Assembly: GCA_950097015.1 (NCBI GenBank)
Contig: CATNEN010000039.1
Coordinates: forward strand, 18,166,001-18,230,000
From: Macrostomum hystrix
Taxonomy: Eukaryota > Animalia > Platyhelminthes
Direction of reading: 5' to 3'
Length of the DNA stretch: 64,000 nt
The position numbers and the translations under genes were made by a program. Under the pieces are notes generated by a model. It searched no databases. It saw only the letters and a list, made by a program, of their open reading frames with translations, and was not told the DNA's origin. Shown piece after piece: positions 12,051 to 24,800 of the stretch. Every line of letters begins with the position of its first letter. Position 1 is the stretch's first letter.

Positions 12051-12824
12051 TAAAAACTAATCATTTTTTGTACACCGATGTGTATTTATATGTGGCGAAT
12101 GCATTTAGCTTCAATTTAGGAAGATTTCATTGCTAGTTTGTTTACAGAACATGTCGAATTAGAAAATGCTACGAGATAAAAGTCTTGATCCATCTATTCC
12201 AGCCCAAATCAAAATAACAAAAAATCTAGCCAAATCCCTTAAATGAACAGGAGAAAGCGCAAACAATGTTCCCGCCCAAATTTAGCAGCAATCAAAAGAC
12301 TAACACTAGCTGGGGCGTCGATTCAATTCCATGCCAATTTTCCTGCGATCATTTTTTTCGGTTCTAGATTGAGTGGCTCGCAGCAGACTAGGCAATGGAA
12401 CTTGCTCAGCTTGATGCAATGGGCTAAAGGACAGACGTTAAAGAGGCTGGTAGAGAAATCTGAGGCACGGAAATAAAATGAGCCCCACCGATTGGGGCTA
12501 AAAGTTGTCCCGCCCACAATTGGAGAGCGGAGTGAGGTGGCTGCATGAGGCTTCAATTTCTGCTCCGGCCGTGTCCCCACGTCTGCCTGCCAGTTCGCCT
12601 GATTTCAGAGCTCTCACACGCAAATGAGGAGTATTCTAGGCCGATCAGCAGTTTTGGGCTCTTAAAGGATGGATCGAGAAACGAGAAAAGTGGATGAGAC
12701 CGGCCGGCGGCTTCAAATGAGACTGAGTTTTTTAGAAGTCCGCATCGAACCATGGGACTGGATACATCCCACTTCACAATGGGATGTGCCGGACTGCATG
12801 ACCTCAGCCATCTCACTTCACCTC

Positions 12825-13150
12825 GTCCTCTCACCTTCCCTCTCCCTCTCACCATCCCTCTCCCTCTCACCATCCCTCTCACCATCCCTCTCCCTCTCAC
12901 CATCCCTCTCACCATCCCTCTCACCATCCCTCTCACCATCCCTCTCCCTCTCACCATCCCTCTCCCTCTCACCATCCCTCTCCCTCTGACTCTCCCTCTC
13001 ACCTTTCCTCTCCCTCTGACTCTCCCTCTCACCTTCCCTCTCCCTCTGACTCTCCCTCTCACCTTCCCTCTCCCTCTCACCATCCCTCTCCCTCTGACTC
13101 TCCCTCTCACCTTCCCTCTCCCTCTGACTCTCCCTCTCACCTTTCCTTAC
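12825..13150. repeat. Pyrimidine-rich 12/18-bp repeat
   Basis: CCCTCT(CCCTCT)CACCAT units. Confidence 0.92.
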
Positions 13151-13344
13151 CCTCTCTCAACTCTTTTCATAGCGTCTCTAATTATCTTAGTTTTTTTCCT
13201 TCACAAAATCAAAATCAGACAAAATGAAAAAAGTCACGTACTTCACGTGGTTACGAGCCGTAGCCTATGATAAAGGATCCAAGAACTTTCAATGGAGAGA
13301 CAACTCAAAAACTTGTAGTTGTACAAACGCTTCTGGAAATCTCT

Positions 13345-13665
13345 GCCTGTCTCTCTGTCTCTCTTTCTCTCTTTCTCCCTGTCTCTCTGTCTCTCTCTCC
13401 TTGTCTCTCTGTCTCTCTCTCACCGTCTCTCTGTCTCTCTCTCTGTCTCTCCTGTCTCTCTGTCTCTCTCTCTGTCTCCTCTGTCTCTCTGTGTCTCTCT
13501 GTCTCTCTGTCTCTCCCTGTCTCCTCTGTCTCTCTGTGTCTCTCTCTCTGTCTCTCCGTCTCTCTCTCTCTGTCTCTCTGTCTCTCCCTGTCTCTCTCCC
13601 TGTCTCTCTCTCTGTCTCCTCTGTCTCTCTGTGTCTCTCTGTGTCTCCCTGTCTCTCCCTGTTTC
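13345..13665. repeat. CT/CTGT compound microsatellite
   Basis: Runs of CT interrupted by GT. Confidence 0.92.
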
Positions 13666-15065
13666 TATTGCAAACTCTGGCCGTAGTCGGTCTAACCATC
13701 TCTCCAATCCCGTATCCCCATTTTCTAGTGTCCTCCCTCAATCAGTTTCGGTTTCCCGTTGCCACCAAAGCCACCTTTAGCTGCAGCGGCCCACTTGAGG
13801 CCATAAATAATAGTGAAAGCAGGCAAGGACATTTGTAACTTGTAAGCCGACAGTCACCGGCAGAATTCCGTTCACCCGCACAGCGCTCTCCCCCAATCCA
13901 CAAAAATCGAGTTTCCCCTTCGCCGTAGTACAGCAGAGGAAAGATTAGCAAAAGAAAAGTAGCAACAAAAGTGCAGTCAACCTCAGATTGGCATCCCGAA
14001 TTTTTGGGCATTGGGATAGCATGGTGACAAAAATGACAAAGATTTTTATACAAGTAAATTCTATCTCAAATTCAATCTTCTAAATCCCGAATATATCAGT
14101 TTTAGAAACTTTATCCCAAATAGAAGGTTCTGAATACTAACTTACAAATCCCAAACCTCAAATTGAAAATCCCAAATCCCGAAGTCCTGGATTCCATGTT
14201 CTAAAATTACAAAGCCCCAAATCGAAATTAGGAAAACAAATTTACTTAAACCCATACTGAATTAAAAAAAACGACTGAAAATCTTTTTGTAATGAAAACT
14301 TTTATTCATACGCGGTCATACTACTTCTATTAACTTAAGCGAGTAGTATGATTGAGTGTTGTTTTATTTAATGAATTTGCGTTGAATACTACGCATAACA
14401 AAAGTATATCGATAGTCTAACTTTGCTAGATTAAATAGAGAAAAAAATTAAAACAATACCAACCATTTGTTTCAATTTATATTCTCTTGAACATATAAAT
14501 AAAAAACAAAAATAAATATTTTTTATCATTGAGTCGCATAGAGTGCGCAACGGAAAATGTCACAGTTTAATCGACTTAATTAATATTGAATTGTCAGTAC
14601 AGGTTTATAATCCAATAGCTTTTCTTAGAAATAAATAAACGTTTCTGGCTTTTTTGGCTTTTGAAGGACGCTAAGTCTGTGGGGAAAAACTGCAAGGAAA
14701 TGTCTTGGTACTGCAAAAATCTAAATCACTGTGTTTGTGTCTTTATGTCAATGGGTTTGAATGTGTTCTTTTTTGTTAAAAATAGAATGGCAACTTTATC
14801 AACGACGAATCGCTACAAAAAACTGTTTGACAGTCCAAAGCAAGCTATTCAATCAATTTTTAATCAATATCAATGTAAATCCATTCATCAATCAATTAAC
14901 CAGACAGACGCAATCAAATAATATAATCATCAAACAATCATTTATTATCAATTAACTAACCAAACAGATAATCAACAAACACTCAATAACGTTTTAACTA
15001 AATCAATCACGAAATTCATTAATCCGTTAGTCAATAACAAAGCAGGAATTAGACTAAAAAGGAAG

Positions 15066-15096
<31 letters not shown>

Positions 15097-15275
15097 CCAA
15101 TCAACCAATCAATCAATGAATCAATCAACCAATCAATCAATCAACCAATCAATCAATCAACCAATCAATCAATCAACCAATCAACCAATCAATGAATCAA
15201 TCAATCAATCAATCAACCAATCAACCAACCAACCAACCAATCAACCAATCAATCAATTAGTCAATCAATCAATTA
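15066..15275. repeat. (CAAT/CAAC)n microsatellite just downstream of the neuregulin-like stop codon
   Basis: Tetranucleotide array. Confidence 0.92.
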
Positions 15276-15295
15276 GTTAATCGACTAATAAGAAA

Positions 15296-15814
15296 TCAGA
15301 AAAGAGCTGCGCTTTCATTCTCATCGGCAATGTCATCCTCAATGCCAACGATATTGTTGACAGTCGTTGACAAGCCCGAACGACAACGGCAGGAGGAGGA
15401 GAGCCTAGTGGGCAAATCCGATGCTGCCGACGCCGACGACGCTACTGCCAGCGCTGAAGCTTCGGATCCGGTGCCAGTTCTCGTTCCGGTGCCGGTGCTG
15501 GCCGCGATTACGACGCCTTCGTCAAGCAGGTCGATTGGCGAATCGGACGATGCAACAGCTGCCGTTGAAGCAAACGCAGGCTGGCGACCGCCGGAAAAGC
15601 TGGCCAGAACTCCGAGCGGCCGCATCGGCCACGCCTCAACCCCGACTGCTTCGACTATGTGGACGCTGTCTAAATCACCGATGCAGTATTCAGCAGCTGC
15701 CGCCCTGACTGCGGCAGCAGAAGCAGTTGCTGCTGCCGCTGCTGATGTAGATGGCGACGCTGATACGCCTCCTTTTGGCCACCCCCAGGTTGTGAGCTGC
15801 TGCTGATCCTGCTG
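15296..15814 (-). CDS. nrg: Neuregulin-like terminal coding exon (Ala/Ser-rich)
   Basis: ctacag|CAG CAG GAT (tandem CAG acceptors); 519 nt open to TGA at 15298-15296. Confidence 0.75.
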   Translation of the reverse strand, partial: QQDQQQLTTWGWPKGGVSASPSTSAAAAATASAAAVRAAAAEYCIGDLDSVHIVEAVGVEAWPMRPLGVLASFSGGRQPAFASTAAVASSDSPIDLLDEGVVIAASTGTGTRTGTGSEASALAVASSASAASDLPTRLSSSCRCRSGLSTTVNNIVGIEDDIADENESAALF

Positions 15815-18800
15815 CTGTAGTTTAATTTAAAGGATTGTTTAGTAACAAGTAATATTACTAATATCACTAATAAGTAATCATCATTGCAGAAGGGCTGCAG
15901 GCACATCATTTGGTCACAATAGACCCGCAGCCAGCGAGGAGGCGATTCTGCCCATTCCACTGACTCCTGAGCACACACGCACTCAGATACTGTACGCAGG
16001 CACACGCTCACACAGGTGTGTACATCTGCCCCGACTTTCTTATCGTCAGGCTGTGTACACTGCCACTGTGCCTTGGAGTCAAGAGCGTCAATTGCACGAC
16101 AAGCCCCAAAGCTTTCTCTCCCAAATGAATGTGAGCTCAGGGACCTAAGTGCGAAGCGCAAACACGTTAACCGCTCTGCCACTCACCCCTGACACACATA
16201 AACAGGAATATCTGACCTAATTTTTATTATCTTTAGGCACTTTATTACATTCTTAATTTTGAGAATAAATTCAAATTAATTCAACTTTGATTACAGCAGG
16301 TAAACAAACGTACTGCTGCGGTGTAAATTTGCCGTCTTTGTTGCTGCTGCTGCTGCTGCTGCTGATGTTGATTTAGTGGTCGGTAAAGGAATGCCGGCGA
16401 TTGCTGCTGCTGCTGCTGCTGCTGGTGATAATGCAGCTGGACTTGCTGTTGACCGCAAGCTGCTAAGCAGCCAAGTCGAGGCGAGTATTCGAACTCCTGC
16501 TCGGCGGGATAAGTCAGCGATCGGGGCAGCAAGTGCTCGATGCTGTCAACTATGCACAGGTCGTGCTCAACATCCGTGCCCACTGTTCTACTGCCCTGGG
16601 CAGCTCCGCCGGCTTGGACACACTGTGGAAATCAGGCACGGGCGAGACTGAGGCTGCTCAAAGCTGGTAGCAGGAGAATTTAAATCTAGGCTTGATATTA
16701 GTTAGCTAGTACTGTAACTAGACTGTAGTAAATGTTAAAACTTTTTATTCTAATAAAGAAACTTTTTCTCTACTATGAAAAACAGTGCAAAAATGGATTT
16801 CTGACCCTAAATGAGAATAGGCTTTCTAATCCAGGACGGGAACTAAAAAAATTAGGATTTCCAATCTGCGAAGGGATTTCTTATCCTACATGGGATTTCT
16901 AATCCTACATGGGATTTCTTATCCTACATGGGATTTCTAATCCTACATGGGATTTCTAATCCTACATGGGATTTCTAATCCTAGATGGGATTTATTATCC
17001 TACATGGGATTTATTATCCTACATGGGATTTCTAATCCTACATGGGATTTCTAATCCTAGATGGGATTTCTTATCCTAGATGGGATTTATTATCCTACAT
17101 GGGATTTCTAATCCTACATGGGATTTCTTATCCTACATGGGATTTCTAATCCTAGATGGGATTTATTATCCTACATGAGATTTCTAATCCTACATGGGAT
17201 TTCTAATCCTACATGGGATTTCTAATTCTACATGGGATTTATTATCCTACATGGGATTTCTTATCCTACATGGGATTTCTAATCCTACATGGGATTTCTA
17301 ATCCTAGATGGGATTTATTATCCTACATGGGATTTATTATCCTACATGGGATTTCTAATCCTACATGGGATTTCTAATCCTAGATGGGATTTCTTATCCT
17401 AGATGGGATTTATTATCCTACATGGGATTTCTAATCCTACATGGGATTTCTTATCCTACATGGGATTTCTTATTCTATATGACATTGTCTGGAACATGCT
17501 TGATTCGAAGTCGATGAAAGGGATTTCTAAATCGCACAGGAACTCACAGAAAAAGATTTTAATTCAAAATCTCACCTGAGATCTCTCATTTTCTCTCCTA
17601 CTTCGGCGCCAAAAGTCAAAATCGCGTCTTCGCTGCCTGCAAAAATGTTAAATTTGCGAGTAGCGAATTGAAACGCAATTAAATAGGCAAATTAACACTT
17701 TAATATCCTACTTAGAGTAGTCGACTTTGAACTCAGCTAAAATGCATAGCTCGAATTGAAAACTGGACTATTTGCATTCTAAACATTTAACATTCCAGAT
17801 TTGTTCAAATTTCTAACTAAGAATTTTGTTTCGACTAAAAATAAATACACTCTGCAGTACTGAAACTTTAAATTCAGAAGTCGCTAGGTTGTTTAAATAT
17901 TTATTTATAACTAGTTTATAACTAACTATATTCCGCTTTATTGACAGTTTTGACAACAATTTCTTGGCGGTTCTCTTGCCTGGACAAGTACCATGAGATG
18001 AGGAGTATGAGCAGCAGCATTGTGAGCACCAGTCCGATGCCAGTTACCGTCAGAATGCGGTCCGTCCGATGAAAACAATCTGCTTTGGTGTAGGGTTAAG
18101 GTAAGCAATGAATGTGCTTGTATTTATAATGTGCATGTAGCACACACTACATCATTCTCCCTATTTCCCTTCTTCATCACCCTTCACCCTTCTTGCCAGA
18201 CCCTTCATCTTTCGTTCCGGTTCCGGTCCCTTTACACTGCATTCCTCTCCCTTCATCCAACATTCCTCTCCCTTCATCCAACATTCCTCTCCCTTCATCC
18301 AACATTCCTCTCCCTTCATCCAACATTCCTCTCCCTTCATCCAACATTCCTCTCCCTTCATCCAACATTCCTCTCCCTTCATCCAACATTCCTCTCCCTT
18401 CATCCAACATTCCTCTCCCTTCATCCAACATTCCTCTCCCTTCATCCAACATTCCTCTCCCTTCATCCAACATTCCTCTCCCTTCATCCAACATTCCTCT
18501 CCCTTCATCCAACATTCCTCTCCCTTCATCCAACATTCCTCTCCCTTCATCCAACATTCATTTTCGCCACTTCCTATAATATATATTTATATTTACACTC
18601 TTAGTATCTATTCCCGTTTTCCCTACTAATAAAAACCCTGGAAATACATTAAAATCCCGTATAATTTATCCCCTAGTCTCACCCAGCACTTTGCCCCGGC
18701 AAGTTTCGCTGTAATTTCTAAACTGCGCCGAGTCTATTCGTTCGCACCTGACGCCCGCGTACGGCTGGGAACAGCTGAAAATTCAGTAGCCGAGGAAAAT

Positions 18801-21800
18801 GACAGATTTTGTTGCATCATGTAATTATCATTTTATCATGCTTTCTGTGTGCTACTCGGTAGCGAGAAAAAAATCAAATCGCTTTTTATCACGCCTCATC
18901 ACAATCAGAATGCGGCGAAGGGAGTCAAACAGTCGGATAGAGTCGTAAATTACGCTTTTAAATGGCTTCTAATTCGCGCGAATTTAAAAAGATAAAATAT
19001 GTGGACTTTTTTTTAATTGCAGTGGGCGCTTTCAAAGGTTGCGTATAACTTTCAGTCCTAAGCTTTCAGAAATTTTGGACGTAAATTTTCTGTAACTAGA
19101 TTATTCTTTTGACAACCAAACCAAAGGATAAAGTCACTCTCCTCTGATTGTTGAACAACGGGAGGAAAAGAGAAGTTCAAGAACTAAAAAACTTGACTAA
19201 AAATGACTATTGTTTTAGTTCTGCAGTTCAACGGCCACACAGCAGGCGTTGGTGCAGGCCAGGGAACATCACTGATAGCAATTGGCATAGCGGATGTACT
19301 TTAAATTTTAGAGCCAAAGCCCTGCAAAAACTACATATCATAGCAGGTAGTGTGCAGTTTTTTTCCCACTGAATTCCCAATGGATGGCAACCGTGCATGG
19401 GAGTAGGAAAATGATTGCAGACAGATCGGCCAGTTAATTAAGCAAGGCCAACCCTAACCTGACATGTTTGGCCAATGCCCACCCACAAACCCCCACTAAG
19501 CCTCCAAAATCACTGACCAAATCCCAAAATATCCCAACAGATCAGGCAGATTACGTTGGAAGGTGCTGAATCAGCAGGTGCCAAAGCATCGCACCTCGCT
19601 GTCTCAATATTAATAAAATGATTTCTGTTGTCCCTAATAGCTTCGCAAGGTCAGAATTTTCACTTCCAATTAAAGCAAATACCTGACAGTTTGACAAGCT
19701 CTGCAGGCGCGCAAACGGGAAGAATTTTCTAATCTATTTTTCATCTCTACGTAGCCATCACTCGTATCCTCACTGAGCATTGGCAGCCAGCTATTCAAAA
19801 CTGAATATTGCCGTCATCGACGCCGCCATTTTCATATTATATTTCGCATTTCATATTTCTTTCCTGTTCGGCTGTCTCCTCTCTCTTTTGTACTCACTGA
19901 CCAATGTCCATCTCGACCCTTCCATTATTCTCCTCTAGTATGTATCTGTCTCCTTTATCTTGTGTCCCCTCCTCTGTCTCCCCTCTTCTGTCTCCCCTCT
20001 TCTGTCTCCCCTCTTCTGTCTCCCCTCTTCTGTCTTCCCTCTTCTGTCTCCCCTCTTCTGTCTCCCCTCTTCTGTCTCCCCTCTTCTGTCTCCCCTCTTC
20101 TGTCTCCCCTCTTCTGTCTCCCCTCTTCTGTCTCCCCTCTTCTGTCTCCCCTCTTCTCTCTCCCCTCTTCTCTCTCCCCTCTTCTGCCTCTTCTCTCCTT
20201 CCTCCAGCAGTAAGCAGCCTATTCTACAGTTTTATACTTGATGATTTATCCTTGAGCTGAACTTTAACCTGCAGCTTGGTTTTGGCTTGGCCAATAAAAC
20301 TTGCACACCTTGCATACACAGTGCAGAGTATCCGTTTGCCGGCTTGTAATTCGAATAGATCCATGTGGCTTAGTAAATATGTAAAAATTTATTTAGAGAA
20401 TAAATTGTACTTATCTGTTTTAGTGAGCTAGGGCAAAGTGTGCCTACAGCTTCATCACCCAATCTCTCCCATTCAACCCAATCTGTCTTCCACTCTACCC
20501 CCCAGTTCTGTCTTCCACTCTACCCCCAGTTCTGTCTTCCACTCTACCCGCAGTTCCGTCATCCACTCTACCCCCAGTTCTGTCATCCCCTCTACTCCCA
20601 GTTCCGTCATCCCCTCTACTCCCAGTTCTGTCTTCCACTCTACCCCCAGTTCTGTCTTCCACTCTACCCCCAGTTCTGTCTTCCACTCTACCCCCAGTTC
20701 TGTCTTCCACTCTACCCCCAGTTCTGTCTTCCACTCTACCCCCAGCTCCCTATAATTCATTCTATCAGTCAGATTTTCTCATCATTTGTGAATGTACCAC
20801 TCGCAAAGCATTATCCTTGAGCATCCAGTTCGTGTGTGCAGTCCTCTACTTATCAGTCGCTCGCTGTTGCTATTGAATTTGTCTCTACGCCAACAAAAAT
20901 AGGGAATATTTTTAAGTGATGCGAGCACCGCATTATAGCCAGATTCCATGTCTAACCCATGCTGGTGTCTCATTCCACGCCATCACCAACCCACTCCCTA
21001 GACACACAGATCCTGCGCAGCTCCGGGATCTTAGATTTCAATGTCAGTCAACAAAACTGGAATGGGATAAATTATCTTATCGAAAAGCTCGACGAACCTA
21101 AGTCACACAGCCTGATGAATATTCCCACCCGTATTCATATTCATTCATTCTGTCATTGCTGAAACACTTTGATTTGCGCTTAGAGTGTGTGTGTCAGTGG
21201 CGGATAATTCGCCCCACCAGTTTTTTATCCAACAGAAATCCCCATAGATGAGTTACTCTATATTTTTTCTAAGCTTGCCTGCATTTATCCCAGATTGGGA
21301 AAACAAATAGGGGATTGATTATGGCGCAGCGGGGCAATATCGGATTCCCGGAGTCGTGTTTTTGTCTTTGCAATAAATAAATAAATCTTCGCTTAGTCTT
21401 TTCAAAGATCTTAATGCGTTTGTCTTTTAGATTCGCATGGCATCACTCCCCAGAGACACCCTACACTCTGTCACTCCAGTTCTCTTTATCACTCGTCTAT
21501 TGTCTGTCACTCCTCTACTGTCTATCACTCCTCTTCTGTCTGTCACTCTTCTACTATCTGTCACTCCTCTACTGTCTGTCACTCTTCTACTATCTGTCAC
21601 TCCTCTACTGTCTGTCACTCACTCACTCCTCTGTCACTCCTCGTATCTAATCTCGTATCTAGAACGCGGCTCATCTACCCAGCTCATAGTCATAGACTCA
21701 TAGGTAACAATATATGCTCAAATATTGTCACTAAAAATGAAGCGACATCAGTTTGGGATCCAGATCCCATTCAGAGGATAGAAAAATTTGTTAGGGTGAA

Positions 21801-24800
21801 GCAAGTCCTCAGGCGGACACATCAAAGGAATCTCAAAAATAGCTTATACCCAGTGCTTTTAATGCACGCTAAGATAATAATCAATCGAGAGCTCACTTGC
21901 ACACAGGCGAGCTGTTCATGGAACGCCTCGAGCAGGTGCCATTGTTCAGACAATAGAATGCCGGGCAGGATGGCTCTGAGTGTTTGTTTTGTTTATCTGC
22001 TCAACTATTTCATATAGTTTAATGCAGCAAATTAGTTGTAATCAAAATCAGTTCTACTCACTGCGCAGTTCTGCTGGCTGCGGAGTGACCAGAGCAAGAA
22101 CTGAAGGCGGTGGCGGCGCTGGAGATTGCACTGAAATTATAAGGGGAGAAGTAGGTTGATAAACAGGGGAGAAGTAGGTTGATAAACAGGGGAGAATTAG
22201 GTTGATAGACAGGGGAGAAGTAGGTTGATAGACAGGGGAGAAGTAGCTTGATAGACAGGGGAGAAGTAGGTTGATAGACAGGGGAGAAGTAGGTTGATAG
22301 ACAGGGAAGAAGTAGGTTGATAGACAGGGGAGAAGTAGGTTGATAGACAGGGGAGAAGTAGGTTGATAGACAGGGGAGAAGTAGGTTGATAGACAGGGGA
22401 GAAGTAGGTTGATAGACAGGGGAGAAGTAGGTTGATAGACAGGGGAGAAGTAGGTTGATAGACAGGGAAGAAGTAGGTTGATAGACAGGGGAGAAGTAGG
22501 TTGATAGACAGGGGAGATGTAGGTTGATAGACAGGGGAGAAGTAGCTTGATAGACAGGGAAGAAGTAGGTTGATAGACAGGGGAGAAGTAGGTTGATAGA
22601 CAGGGGAGAAGTTGGTTGATAGACAGGGGAGAAGTAGGTTGATAAACAGGGGAGAAGTAGCTTGATAGACAGGGGAGAAGTAGGTTGATAGACAGGGGAG
22701 AAGTAGCTTGATAGACAAGGGAGAAGTAGGTTGATAGATAGGGGAGAAGTAGGTTGATAAACAGGGGAGAAGTAGGTTGATAAGACAGGGGAGAAGTAGG
22801 TTGATAGACAGGGGAGAAGTAGGTTGATAGACAGGGGAGAAGTAGCTTGATAGACAGGGAAGAAGTTGCTTGATAAACAGGGGAGATGTAGGTTGATAGA
22901 CAGGGGAGAAGTAGGTTGATAGACAGGCGAGATGTAGGTTGATAGACAGGGGAGAAGTAGCTTGATAAACAGGGGAGAAGTAGGTTGATAAACAGGGGAG
23001 AAGTAGGTTGATAGACAGGGGAGAAGTAGGTTGATAGACAGGGGAGAAGTAGGTTGATAGACAGGGAAGAAGTAGCTTGATAGACAGGGGAGAAGTAGGT
23101 TGATAGACAGCGGAGAAGTAGGTTGATAGATAGGGGAGAAGTAGGTTGATAGACAGGGGAGAAGTAGGTTGATAGACAGGGGAGAAGTAGGTTGATAGAC
23201 AGGGGAGAAGTAGGTTGATAGACAGGGGAGAAGTAGGTTGATAAACAGGGGAGAAGTAGGTTGATAGACAGGGGAGAAGTAGGTTGATAGACAGGGGAGA
23301 AGTAGGTTGATAGAGAGGGGAGAAGTAGGTTGATAGACAGGGGAGAAGTAGGTTGATAGACAGGGGAGAAGTAGGTTGATAGATAGGGGAGAAGTAGGTT
23401 GATAGACAGTGAAGAAGTAGGTTGATAGACAGGGGAGAAGTAGGTTGATAGACAGGGGAGAAGTTGGTTGATAGACAGGGGAGAAGTAGGTTGATAAACA
23501 GGGGAGATGTAGCTTGATAGACAGGGGAGAAGTAGGTTGATAGACAGGGGAGAAGTAGCTTGATAGACAAGGGAGAAGTAGGTTGATAGACAGGGGAGAA
23601 GTAGGTTGATAGACAGGGGAGATGTAGGTTGATAGACAGGGGAGAAGTAGGTTGATAGACAGGGGAGAAGTAGCTTGATAGACAGGGGAGAAGTAGGTTG
23701 ATAGACAGGGGAGAAGTAGGTTGATAGACAAGGGAGAAGTAGGTTGATAGATAGGGGAGAAGTAGGTTGATAGACAGGGGAGAAGTAGGTTGATAAACAG
23801 GGGAGAAGTAGGTTGATAGACAAGGGAGAAGTAGGTTGATAGATAGGGGAGAAGTAGGTTGATAGACAGGGGAGAAGTAGGTTGATAAACAGGGGAGAAG
23901 TAGGTTGATAGACAAGGGAGAAGTAGGTTGATAGATAGGGGAGAAGTAGGTTGATAGACAGGGGAGAAGTAGGTTGATAAACAGGGGAGAAGTAGGTTGA
24001 TAGACAGGGGAGAAGTAGGTTGATAGACAGGGGAGAAGTAGGTTGATAGACAGGGAAGAAGTAGCTTGATAGACAGGGGAGAAGTAGGTTGATAGACAGG
24101 GGAGAAGTAGGTTGATAAACAGGGGAGATGTAGGTTGATAGACAGGGGAGAAGTAGGTTGATAGACAGGGGAGAAGTAGGTTGATAGACAGGGGAGAAGT
24201 AGGTTGATAGACAGGGGAGAAGTAGGTTGATAGACAGGGGAGAAGTAGGTTGATAGACAGGGGAGAAGTAGCTTGATAGACAGGGGAGAAGTAGGTTGAT
24301 AGACAGGGGAGAAGTAGGTTGATAGACAGGGGAGAAGTAGGTTGATAGACAGGGGAGAAGTAGGTTGATAGACAGGGGAGAAGTAGGTTGATAGACAGGG
24401 AAGAAGTAGGTTGATAGACAGGGGAGAAGTAGGTTGATAGACAGGGGAGAAGTAGGTTGATAGACAGGGGAGAAGTAGGTTGATAGACAGGGGAGAAGTA
24501 GGTTGATAGACAGGGGAGAAGTAGGTTGATAGACAGGGGAGAAGTAGGTTGATAGACAGGGAAGAAGTAGGTTGATAGACAGGGGAGAAGTAGGTTGATA
24601 GACAGGGGAGATGTAGGTTGATAGACAGGGGAGAAGTAGCTTGATAGACAGGGAAGAAGTAGGTTGATAGACAGGGGAGAAGTAGGTTGATAGACAGGGG
24701 AGAAGTTGGTTGATAGACAGGGGAGAAGTAGGTTGATAAACAGGGGAGAAGTAGCTTGATAGACAGGGGAGAAGTAGGTTGATAGACAGGGGAGAAGTAG

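Noticed and set aside
16028-16052. Hammerhead-like CTGACGA...GAAA on the minus strand within SINE family A
   Set aside because: No stem II or flanking stems, and the segment is partly deleted in the second copy.
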